From: Eubacteriales bacterium
Lineage (GTDB): Bacteria; Bacillota; Clostridia; Oscillospirales; CAG-272
DNA: 64,000 bases
Direction of reading: 5' to 3'
Assembly (NCBI GenBank): GCA_045578385.1
Contig: JAZNKD010000048.1
Location: 5,656-69,655 of the forward strand
Position numbers and translations under genes: made by a program. The notes below the pieces were generated by a model. That model was not told the DNA's origin. It did no database searches and was given only the letters and a program-made list of their open reading frames with translations. Below, piece after piece: positions 1 through 8,000 of the stretch (position 1 is the stretch's first letter; every line of letters begins with the position of its first letter).

Positions 1-26
1 TGTAAAATGTGAGTTTAGAGCTGTGA

Positions 27-2795
27 TTATTCTGTTCTCAGGGCGACCACGGGATCCTTCTTTGCGGCACTCCTTGCAGGGATAAGACCCGAGACAAGAG
101 TTAGAAGAACGCTTATCGCGATAAGGATAATTGCGTCGCGTATCTGAAGTGCTGCAATAGAGGAGTAGTTTATAAGCGGCGTGAGAATAATGTTGACTAT
201 GAACGAGATAACGTAGGTTGCTAAAATACCCATAACGCCTGCAAGGAGACCGATGATGAACGTCTCTGCATTGAACAGGTGGCTAACGTCCTTTTTGCGT
301 CCTCCGAGCGCTCGTATAACACCGATTTCCTTGATTCTTTCAACAACCGATACGTAAGTGATAATACCTATCATAACAGTGGAAACCACAAGGGATATCG
401 AGGTAAATGCTATAAGAGCGTAGGAAACTACGTCTATCATAGTGTTAATCATAGTAATAATAAGCTCAAGCGTGTCGGTATAAGTTATTTTGCTTCTTCC
501 GTTTTCGTCCGTAACACCGTCGTTCCAGGCGTCAAGATAATCTGTTACAAGGCTCTTGTCATCAAAGGATTTTGGGAAGATTGAAATGCTGCTGGCAAGC
601 GAATTTCCGCCAAGACTTCTGATGAACTTTTCCTTGAATTCCGCGTGGTCGAACGCGCTTGACGCGCCTGTGAACGAGCCCATCATATCTTCAAGTCCCA
701 TAGAAGGGCCGACGTAGCCAAACGTGTTCTTGGTTTCACCCTCGTAAGTATAGCTGAACTGATAAGGAACGTAATACTGAGCCATTGCGGTTGCGGTATC
801 CGTCGTGTTGCTCTCATCAATATTTGTGATATAGTTGAATATTGCAGAATCGGCGTTGTTTTCGAGAACGTAATCGGTGAGCTCTTCGGTGTAGTAGATA
901 CCCGATGAGATAGAGCCGTAGTTTACGTTATCCTTAGTATGCAGTATTCCGACCACCTCGAGCTTAAGAGCGCGGTCGTCGGTAAAATCGTCGGAGTAGG
1001 GGTGGTAGGTGTAAGAGGTTGTCTGTGTAAAAGGATTTTTAAACTCGGAGAACACCGTATCGTTGGGATACCAGGTAAACTCCTTGCCGAGAAGCTCGTC
1101 GTAAGCGAATGAATCTCGGTATATATCTTTGTCGTACTTGCCGTCCTCGCTGGTTTCCTTCGTGATTATTTCGAGGAATTCTTCTTGAGTGTAATATCCG
1201 AATCTTGCAAGAAGAAGGTCGGAAAGCTCATCCTCGGAGTTAAGCACGAGCATAATTTCGTTCTTGTTCTCTGGGAATCGGCTGTTTTCACCGACGAGGT
1301 CGTATTGAGACTTGATGTAGTCGAGGTCATTCGGCATCTGCTGCATAGACGGAGCGAGCTGACCGACGTAGCTTGCATAATCCTTGAACTCGGTCTGCTG
1401 AAGTATCGCAGTATACATACTCGTGAGAGCACTCACAGACATATTTTTTACTTCTGCATCCTTGCCGTACTTGAAATCTGTGAACATATTATTGTTCATA
1501 TCGATTCCGTAGCCAAATATCATAGCCTCGTAAAAATCGCGATTCATTGCTTTTACATAGTCGATATATTCCTGGGTCAGATCATTTTCGATTAGCATAC
1601 TGCTCGCAGTCTTGTCCATCTTCGCAATATATGCTATAAGCGATGAAATATATACACGGTTAGGGTTCTTTACGATTTCTTCCTTATCCTCATCACTCAT
1701 CATACCCGTAAGAACTTCAAGGTCGTACGCGGTTTCGGTGACGGTTATAGGGTTGCCGGAAAGCATATCGTCTTGCATTGATGCAATGTATCCCTTGATA
1801 CCGGAGGAGAATGCAAGAACCATAGCAATACCGATGATACCGATAGAGCCTGCAAAGCCCACCATTGCCGTCCTGCCTTTTTTTGAAAGCAGATTGCGCG
1901 CAGAGAGCAGGAACGCCGTGCGGAGCGACATTTTTGCTCGCTCCTTTTTCTTGCGCTTCATTCGCTTTTTCTTATCCTTTGAGGATTCCTCGGTTGCCAT
2001 TACAGAGGCGAGCTGCTTGTTCGTCGTGGAAGTAAATATCTTTTTCGCGTCCTCGGACATAAAGCTTTCGCGCTCGGACTTTTCTGCTTCGAGGCACTCC
2101 GCTTCTTCTTCGGCGGAGGTAAAGGGATTCGTGTCCTCGAGCACCTCTCCGTCGAGGAGTCTTATAATTCGTGAAGAATACTTTTCGGCAAGCTCGGGAT
2201 TGTGCGTTACCATGATAACGAGCTTTTCTCCCGATATTTCCTTGATAAGCTCCATTATCTGAACGCTTGTAACCGTATCAAGTGCGCCGGTAGGCTCGTC
2301 GGCGAGAAGTATTTCGGGGTCGTTGACGAGGGCTCTCGCTATTGCAACTCGCTGGCACTGACCGCCCGAAAGCTGATTCGGCTTTTTGTTGTACTGATCG
2401 GAAAGACCAACTCTGTCAAGCGCGCGCTTTGCGCGTGCCGTGCGCTCCTCTTTGCTTATGCCCGCGATAGTCAGCGCAAGCTCTACGTTGCGGAGAATTG
2501 TCTGGTGGGGAATTAAGTTGTAGCTTTGGAAAATGAAGCCGATGCGATGGTTACGATAAACGTCCCAGTCCCTATCCGTGTAAGATTTTGTACTTCTGCC
2601 GTTGATGACAAGATCGCCGTCGGTATAGTGATCAAGTCCTCCGATGATGTTAAGAAGCGTTGTCTTTCCACAGCCTGATGGGCCGAGGATTGAAACAAAC
2701 TCACTCTTACGGAAAGCAATAGAAACACCGCGCAGCGCATGAACTGTTTCGGACGCCGTTCTGTAGTCCTTTTTAATTTCTTTTAAATTAAGCAT
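27..2795 (-). CDS. Fused ABC transporter ATP-binding/permease protein, MacB/FtsX type, with a large extracytoplasmic domain
   Basis: 922-aa ORF. The N-terminus has Walker A GPSGCGKTT, signature LSGGQ and Walker B LLADEPTGALD. The middle has a lysine-rich linker and one TM helix, followed by a roughly 400-aa loop. The C-terminus is an FtsX-like 3-TM bundle (IGVIRALGGRKKDV). Confidence 0.85.
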   Translation of the reverse strand: MLNLKEIKKDYRTASETVHALRGVSIAFRKSEFVSILGPSGCGKTTLLNIIGGLDHYTDGDLVINGRSTKSYTDRDWDVYRNHRIGFIFQSYNLIPHQTILRNVELALTIAGISKEERTARAKRALDRVGLSDQYNKKPNQLSGGQCQRVAIARALVNDPEILLADEPTGALDTVTSVQIMELIKEISGEKLVIMVTHNPELAEKYSSRIIRLLDGEVLEDTNPFTSAEEEAECLEAEKSERESFMSEDAKKIFTSTTNKQLASVMATEESSKDKKKRMKRKKKERAKMSLRTAFLLSARNLLSKKGRTAMVGFAGSIGIIGIAMVLAFSSGIKGYIASMQDDMLSGNPITVTETAYDLEVLTGMMSDEDKEEIVKNPNRVYISSLIAYIAKMDKTASSMLIENDLTQEYIDYVKAMNRDFYEAMIFGYGIDMNNNMFTDFKYGKDAEVKNMSVSALTSMYTAILQQTEFKDYASYVGQLAPSMQQMPNDLDYIKSQYDLVGENSRFPENKNEIMLVLNSEDELSDLLLARFGYYTQEEFLEIITKETSEDGKYDKDIYRDSFAYDELLGKEFTWYPNDTVFSEFKNPFTQTTSYTYHPYSDDFTDDRALKLEVVGILHTKDNVNYGSISSGIYYTEELTDYVLENNADSAIFNYITNIDESNTTDTATAMAQYYVPYQFSYTYEGETKNTFGYVGPSMGLEDMMGSFTGASSAFDHAEFKEKFIRSLGGNSLASSISIFPKSFDDKSLVTDYLDAWNDGVTDENGRSKITYTDTLELIITMINTMIDVVSYALIAFTSISLVVSTVMIGIITYVSVVERIKEIGVIRALGGRKKDVSHLFNAETFIIGLLAGVMGILATYVISFIVNIILTPLINYSSIAALQIRDAIILIAISVLLTLVSGLIPARSAAKKDPVVALRTE

Positions 2796-3175
2796 TTTGT
2801 CTCCGTTTTCTTACAGTTTTATTTTTTGACTATAATTTTACCATAAAATTGTGAACATTTTTAAAAAAAATATATAATATATTATTAATATTTTACAAGC
2901 GACACGTTTTTGTCCAATTAATACGACATAATCGCCGTTTTTTGAACAATAATCGGAATGCGTATTGATAAATAGAGTTAACTCCTATCTTTTGTACATT
3001 GTCGCATAAAATTTTTAAAAAAATTCACAAAAACTATTTATTTTTTACAAAAAATATGCTACAATTAATATGCGGAATAAAATAATTGAAGATGTCGGTG
3101 ACAGAGATGCACGGAGAATCCTTTTATTTCGCGAAAAATAGGAAAGGAGCTCCTGTTTGGAGCAAGGTACGGTTT

Positions 3176-3700
3176 ATGAAAATATCGGTTTACGGGAAGC
3201 AAATGAACGTTCGCGAGAGTCTTCGGGTGCTTATTGATAAAAAGCTTCAGAAGTTTGACAAATTTTTTGGAGAAGATACCGAAGCGTTTGTAACCTGCAA
3301 GGTCAGAAAGAGCGTTAAGATTATCGAGGTTACGATAACCTACGGAAACACCGTGTTCCGCGCTGAAGAAGAAAGCGATACGTTTATGACCGCGCTTGAC
3401 CGTACGGCAGAGAGTCTTGAAAGACAAATCCGTAAGAACAAAACGCGCCTTGAAAAGAGAGTAAAAAGCGGAGCTTTCATTATTGAAGAATACGACGATG
3501 ACGAGTACGTTGAGGAGGCGGAATTCAAAATCAGAACAAAGAGCTTCCCATTTAAGCCAATGACTCCCGAGGAAGCGATTCTTCAGATGAATCTTCTCGG
3601 TCACAGCTTCTTTGCATTTACCGACGCCGAGACGCTTGAGGTCGCAGTTGTTTATCGTCGTAAAGAAGGCGATTACGGTATGATAATTCAGGAAAAGTGA
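3176..3700 (+). CDS. hpf: Ribosome hibernation promoting factor, long form (HPF/YvyD)
   Basis: Translation from the internal ATG at 3176 reads MKISVYGKQMNV...LDKKLQKFDKFF...FRAEE...LERQIRKNKTRL, with a C-terminal dimerisation domain (KPMTPEEAILQMNLLGHSFFAFTD...VVYRRKEGDYGMI). The 174-aa length fits long HPF. The 30 upstream codons of the track ORF look like a spurious extension. Confidence 0.85.
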   Translation: MKISVYGKQMNVRESLRVLIDKKLQKFDKFFGEDTEAFVTCKVRKSVKIIEVTITYGNTVFRAEEESDTFMTALDRTAESLERQIRKNKTRLEKRVKSGAFIIEEYDDDEYVEEAEFKIRTKSFPFKPMTPEEAILQMNLLGHSFFAFTDAETLEVAVVYRRKEGDYGMIIQEK

Positions 3701-3861
3701 TGGATTCCGCCGGAGCGAAAAAATACAAAAAACGGTAATAATTTCCCAAAATTCTCCTAGATGTTTATTAATTATTAATAATTTAATAAAATATAAATGT
3801 ACAAAATATACAAGGTAAAAAGATAAATCTTGTTAAAAGGGGAGAAGTTGGAAAACTGCTC

Positions 3862-3890
3862 TTGATTTTCTAAAATGTTTATGATATTAT
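3862..3890 (+). promoter_or_regulatory. Sigma-A-type promoter candidate (TTGATT-17 nt-TATTAT)
   Basis: ttgatt at 3862-3867, an exact 17-nt spacer, then tattat at 3885-3890. It lies about 160 nt upstream of the lipoprotein start codon. Confidence 0.45.
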
Positions 3891-3894
3891 ATTA

Positions 3895-4040
3895 AGCGGT
3901 AGAGTAGAGTGAAACGGTGCTTCGATGTTTATCGGCGCCTATCTGATTGGCAAAACGGGATTGCCGACGGGCACGAAGCTACCTCCCGCTGCCCCAGTGC
4001 CGTAAGGTGGCGGTTCAATACAATTCGGCAAATCAGAAAA
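3895..4040 (+). promoter_or_regulatory. Structured 5' leader (candidate riboswitch, class unassigned)
   Basis: Nested helices are readable. ggtgcttcg (3916-3924) pairs with cgaagctacc (3974-3983) with one bulge. The hairpin ggcaa-aacggga-ttgcc spans 3949-3965. The alternative stem ccgctgcc (3986-3993) pairs with ggtggcgg (4006-4013). The RBS aaaaggaga follows at 4037-4045. Confidence 0.3.
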
Positions 4041-4048
4041 GGAGAATT

Positions 4049-5839
4049 ATGAAAATAAGAATTATTTCTTTACTTATCGTCCTGGTTATGATTCTTTCTT
4101 GCTTTGCAGGCTGTAGCTTGATTGGCGGCAAGGATACAGGAACCGGCGACGGAGGTGGTGATGGCACCGATACCGGTGGTGGCGGCGGAGATGGCAAGCC
4201 TGACGGCCCCCCCCAGATTGGTACCGGCGGTGATGATGAAGGAGATTGGTGGGACAGCATCGCTTACGATGAAACCGATCTTAAGTTTATGATGACTCTT
4301 TGTAGCAACGACGAGGAGCTTTCTTCAGGATGTGAGAGATACCTTGCAGGTACCGGCGCTGAGGTTATCGGCGAGAACATCGACGACCTTGTTGCCGAGA
4401 GAAACGAAAACGCTTACGAGCTTACCAAGGTAAACGTTACATACGAATACTACGAGGACGTTGCAGACCTTTACGGCTTCTCTAAAATGTTTGAACAGAT
4501 AGAGGTCGAGTGCACCAGCCCCGACAGTGAGACTCCCGATATGTACTGCAACTGGATGACAGACCTTCTTATATGCTCTCTTAAGGGTTGCTTCGCTAAC
4601 CTCTACTCTAAAACACATGGCGAAGGCGACTACAAGGGCAATAACCACTTCAATCTTGAAAACGAAGGTTACATGGCAGACCTTATGGGTTCGCTTACAC
4701 TTTCTACTAGCAAGATTTACGTAGTAGCGTCTGACTATTTCATTGACCTTATCCGTGCTTTCTTCGTTGTTCCCGTTAACGTAAAGCTCTTCAATGAAAT
4801 TGCAGCTGATATGTATCCCGACATTGACAATCCTACTATCGACGACTTCTTCAAAGAGGTTAAGCCTTGTGACTGTACCAACGAGGACAGCAAAACCAAG
4901 TGCACCAAGGATTGCGAAGACGGTGGATGGACTTACGCCAGACTTATGGAGTTCAGCCAGAAGATTCACCAGTCTGCCGGCGAAGAGGGAACCGAGAGCA
5001 TTAATGACAGACTTGGCTTCGCTCTTGGTTACAACGGTCTTCCTGCAGCAGGCCTTATCTACACGTCTTCTGTAACTGTTATCGAGAAGAATTGGAATGA
5101 AACCGAGAAGAAGTATAACTACTATTATCCGGAAGAGAACCAGGATCTCTATAATCTCTTTGGCGCTATCAGCGATATGATGGAATCTACCGGTGTCTTC
5201 TTCGTATCTCAGAACGATGCTGACAAGCTTAGCTTCGAAGGTAAGAAGACTCCTCTCCTTGCAGTACGTAACCAGTTCACCTCCGATAAGCTTCTCTTTG
5301 GTGGTATCGTCCTTGTTGGTTCTCTTGAGTATCAGAGCTACCAGGATATGAAGACTCCTACCAGAGGCGGCTTCGGTGTTGTTCCTGTTCCTGTATACAA
5401 AGATGGCGACGATTACCTTACTCAGATTCACGTTGTTGGACGTGCAGGCGCTATCAGACAGAGCTCTACTAAGTTTGTTCAGTGCTCCGCATTCCTCCAC
5501 TACCAGTCCTCTCACTCTCTTGAGATAAAGAACGACTACTACGATTACACTCTTGTTCACGGCGCAGCAGGCGGTGAGAATAGTGTTTACGGTAATGTAG
5601 ATATGCTTAAGTACATTCGTCAGAACGTACGTACTTCGTTCGATAAGCTCTTCGAGGACGCTATTGGATTCATGTTTACTGAAGTTTACAAGGATTCCGT
5701 AAATAACAGATTCCACGACCTTCTTTACGCTAACGGTTACCAGTACGACGGTATAGCTACAGAGTACAAGAAACTCGTTGACGTTAAGACAACGTCTCTT
5801 CAGACGCTTGAAAACGACTATAGTAAGCTTCCCAGCTAA
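4049..5839 (+). CDS. Lipoprotein of unknown function (possibly solute-binding-protein-like), strongly codon-biased
   Basis: The ATG at 4049 is preceded by the RBS aaaaggaga. The signal peptide plus lipobox is MKIRIISLLIVLVMILSCFAGCS, followed by a Gly/Asp-rich linker (GTGDGGGDGTDTGGGGGDGKPDGPP). The product is 596 aa. Codon usage (Leu CTT, Arg AGA) resembles that of PFOR. Confidence 0.75.
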   Translation: MKIRIISLLIVLVMILSCFAGCSLIGGKDTGTGDGGGDGTDTGGGGGDGKPDGPPQIGTGGDDEGDWWDSIAYDETDLKFMMTLCSNDEELSSGCERYLAGTGAEVIGENIDDLVAERNENAYELTKVNVTYEYYEDVADLYGFSKMFEQIEVECTSPDSETPDMYCNWMTDLLICSLKGCFANLYSKTHGEGDYKGNNHFNLENEGYMADLMGSLTLSTSKIYVVASDYFIDLIRAFFVVPVNVKLFNEIAADMYPDIDNPTIDDFFKEVKPCDCTNEDSKTKCTKDCEDGGWTYARLMEFSQKIHQSAGEEGTESINDRLGFALGYNGLPAAGLIYTSSVTVIEKNWNETEKKYNYYYPEENQDLYNLFGAISDMMESTGVFFVSQNDADKLSFEGKKTPLLAVRNQFTSDKLLFGGIVLVGSLEYQSYQDMKTPTRGGFGVVPVPVYKDGDDYLTQIHVVGRAGAIRQSSTKFVQCSAFLHYQSSHSLEIKNDYYDYTLVHGAAGGENSVYGNVDMLKYIRQNVRTSFDKLFEDAIGFMFTEVYKDSVNNRFHDLLYANGYQYDGIATEYKKLVDVKTTSLQTLENDYSKLPS

Positions 5840-5880
5840 ATTGTCTGACGGTCGATATAAAATCTAAAATTTAATAAAGG

Positions 5881-5913
5881 GACAGAGAATGCTATGCGTT
5901 CTCTGTCTTTTTT
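5881..5913 (+). terminator. Rho-independent terminator
   Basis: gacagagaa-tgctatgcg-ttctctgtc forms a 9-bp stem and is followed by tttttt. Confidence 0.7.
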
Positions 5914-5979
5914 GTTGACATACATATAATTTTAGTATATAATAGTGTAAATATATTTTATATATAGGAAGAAAAGATA

Positions 5980-6567
5980 ATGAAAATTATTCTTGCATCT
6001 GCATCACCGAGGAGACGCGAGCTCTTGGGGAAGGTGTGCAAAAAATTTGAAATTATGGTCAAAGAGGTTGACGAAAACCTTGAAAATGGTATTAATCCTA
6101 AAGACGGGGTCGAAATATTGGCTATTCGAAAGGGACACGCTGTTTTAGATGTTATCGAAGAAACCGAGCGAGGCGAGAGTGTTATTATATCTTCGGATAC
6201 GCTGGTAGAGCTTGATGGTGTGCCGCTTGGTAAACCGCTATCAGAGGCTTGCGCATACAAGATGCTCCGCGCCCTTTCGGGTAAGCGTCATAACGTTCAT
6301 ACGGGAATAGCTGTCCACTCGGGAAATAAGTTGTATTCGGGTGTTGCAACCACGGGGGTTTATTTTAAGGAACTGACGGACGCTGAGATAAAAGAATACA
6401 TCGCAAGCGGTGAGCCAATGGATAAAGCAGGCGCATACGGAATACAAGGACTTGCAGGTAAATTCGTAGAGAAAATTGAAGGAGATTTTGATACTGTTGT
6501 AGGATTTTCGCAAAGACTTCTTTTGGAACTTCTTGATTTTGCGGGGGTTGATTTGTCGCTGTTATGA
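5980..6567 (+). CDS. maf: Maf-like nucleoside triphosphate pyrophosphatase
   Basis: MKIILASASPRRRELL... has a Maf signature N-terminus. SSDTLVELDG and KAGAYGIQG motifs are present. 195 aa. Confidence 0.85.
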   Translation: MKIILASASPRRRELLGKVCKKFEIMVKEVDENLENGINPKDGVEILAIRKGHAVLDVIEETERGESVIISSDTLVELDGVPLGKPLSEACAYKMLRALSGKRHNVHTGIAVHSGNKLYSGVATTGVYFKELTDAEIKEYIASGEPMDKAGAYGIQGLAGKFVEKIEGDFDTVVGFSQRLLLELLDFAGVDLSLL

Positions 6568-7217
6568 TAAGGAGCAAGAGAGAAAAAAGAGCGCGCCTTT
6601 CCGATATAATACAAAAATTAAAGGAGATATACCCCGAGTCTGTCTGTGCGCTTGAATACGATGGCAACCCGTGGAAGCTTCTCATTATGGGAAGGCTATC
6701 CGCACAGTGTACAGATGCGAGAGTCAACATAGTTTGCAAAGAATTATTTGCAAAATACCCGAATTGTGACGCTATGGCGAATGCTGATTTGGCGGATATT
6801 GAAAAAATTGTTATGCCTTGCGGTCTTTACAGAACGAAAGCAGCAAATATAAAAGAAGCGTCGGCTATGCTTGTATCGCGTTACGGGGGAGTCTTGCCTG
6901 ATACTATGGACGAGCTGTTAGCGTTTCCGGGTGTAGGCAGAAAAATAGCAAATCTTTTGCTTGGTGACGTTTTCGGTAAGGGCGCTATTGTGTGCGATAC
7001 GCACTGTATCAGAATCTGTGGCAGACTGGGTATGTATCCTGAAACCCTTAAAGATGCCGTAAAAATAGAGTTTATTTTGCGTGACCTTATGGATATAAAC
7101 GAGGGAAGCGATTTTTGTCATAGAATAGTTACTTTCGGTAGGGAAGTATGCACGGCAAGAGCGCCGAGATGCGAGGCTTGTCCGCTTTCCGAGCTTTGCG
7201 AGCATGGGCGGAAATAA
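6564..7217 (+). CDS. nth: Endonuclease III (DNA-(apurinic or apyrimidinic site) lyase)
   Basis: HhH-GPD region (LLAFPGVGRKIANLLLG, DTHCIRI) and a C-terminal 4Fe-4S cluster loop CTARAPRCEACPLSELC. It overlaps the maf stop by 4 nt. Confidence 0.9.
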   Translation: MIRSKREKRARLSDIIQKLKEIYPESVCALEYDGNPWKLLIMGRLSAQCTDARVNIVCKELFAKYPNCDAMANADLADIEKIVMPCGLYRTKAANIKEASAMLVSRYGGVLPDTMDELLAFPGVGRKIANLLLGDVFGKGAIVCDTHCIRICGRLGMYPETLKDAVKIEFILRDLMDINEGSDFCHRIVTFGREVCTARAPRCEACPLSELCEHGRK

Positions 7218-7291
7218 AAACGCTCAAAGTCGGTATATCGCAGAATTGCAGCGAAAAATTGCGTCTATCTGTGATAAATAAAGGAGAAATA

Positions 7292-7900
7292 ATGGGAAAA
7301 ATTAACACGGATGCAGGCTTGCCGCGAATAAAGCTCCCTGTTATCGTCGAGGGACGGTACGATAAAAGCGCAATCCTCGGTATGTTCTCGGGAACTGTTA
7401 TAACAACCGATGGCTTCGGCGTATTCAATTCGCGCGAGAAACAGGCTCTTATCAAGAAAATTGCAGGTGACGGAATAATTATTCTTACCGACTCGGACGG
7501 CGGAGGTGTTCAGATTCGAAGCTTCCTTACCGGACTTATACCAAAGGACAAAATATATCAGCTTTATATTCCGCGCGTTGAGGGTAAAGAAAAACGTAAG
7601 ACTCATCGAGGAAGGGAAGGACTGCTCGGAGTTGAGGGTATCGGAAAAGAGGTTTTACGAGAGCTTCTTATGCCTTTTACCGACGGCTCGTGTGAAGTTA
7701 TACGCGGGAATATCACTAATTTCAATATGTTTGTGCTGGGGCTTTCAGGTTCGGATAATTCTTCTGTGAAAAGAGATGCTGTTTGTCGCGAGCTTGCTCT
7801 GCCTGAGGGAATGAGTTCAAAGGCGTTACTTGAAGCGCTTAACATAATATGCGATTTGGAAAGGCTTGAAAAAATAGTCAAACTTTTGACAATAAATTAA
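7292..7900 (+). CDS. Toprim domain protein (RNase M5-like / DUF4093-type)
   Basis: The ATG at 7292 follows the RBS aaggaga. The Toprim acidic motifs are VIVEGRYDKSAI and IIILTDSDGGGVQIR. 202 aa. Confidence 0.6.
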   Translation: MGKINTDAGLPRIKLPVIVEGRYDKSAILGMFSGTVITTDGFGVFNSREKQALIKKIAGDGIIILTDSDGGGVQIRSFLTGLIPKDKIYQLYIPRVEGKEKRKTHRGREGLLGVEGIGKEVLRELLMPFTDGSCEVIRGNITNFNMFVLGLSGSDNSSVKRDAVCRELALPEGMSSKALLEALNIICDLERLEKIVKLLTIN

Positions 7901-8000
7901 TATTTACTATTTACTTTTTTAAAAAAATGTGATACAATATTTGTTAGCATGCAGATAGAGTAAAATTTTATAAAAATATTATATTATGGAGGAACCACAA

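Noticed and set aside
1612-2262. 216-aa plus-strand ORF, and similar ORFs at 23582-24226, 25733-26425, 54566-55078 and 57250-57819
   Set aside because: All are fully antisense to or overlap genes with clear family motifs. They are Ser/Arg/Leu-rich and lack RBSs.
3086-3175. N-terminal extensions of track ORFs at 3086, 3947, 7148, 7986, 22747, 27356, 32726, 36789, 39996, 54442, 58986 and 62051
   Set aside because: In each case an internal ATG has a much better Shine-Dalgarno at 6-10 nt. That ATG also begins the recognisable family N-terminus or signal peptide. The upstream codons run into the neighbouring gene or promoter.
3895-4040. Assignment of the lipoprotein leader to c-di-GMP-I, cobalamin or TPP riboswitch classes
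   Set aside because: Fragments such as GGCAAAAC, GACGGGCACGAAGC and CCUAUCUGAUUGG look superficially similar. However, the defining elements are absent or in the wrong structural context. These are the GNRA tetraloop/receptor and ACGCAAAGC for c-di-GMP-I, the B12 box and GCCACUG for cobalamin, and CUGAGA for TPP.
4325-5716. 463-aa ORF on the minus strand
   Set aside because: It is entirely antisense to the lipoprotein gene, which has an RBS, a signal peptide and a lipobox. The translation is Val/Leu/Asn-rich with no motifs or RBS. It is explained as a shadow of the sense gene's codon bias.
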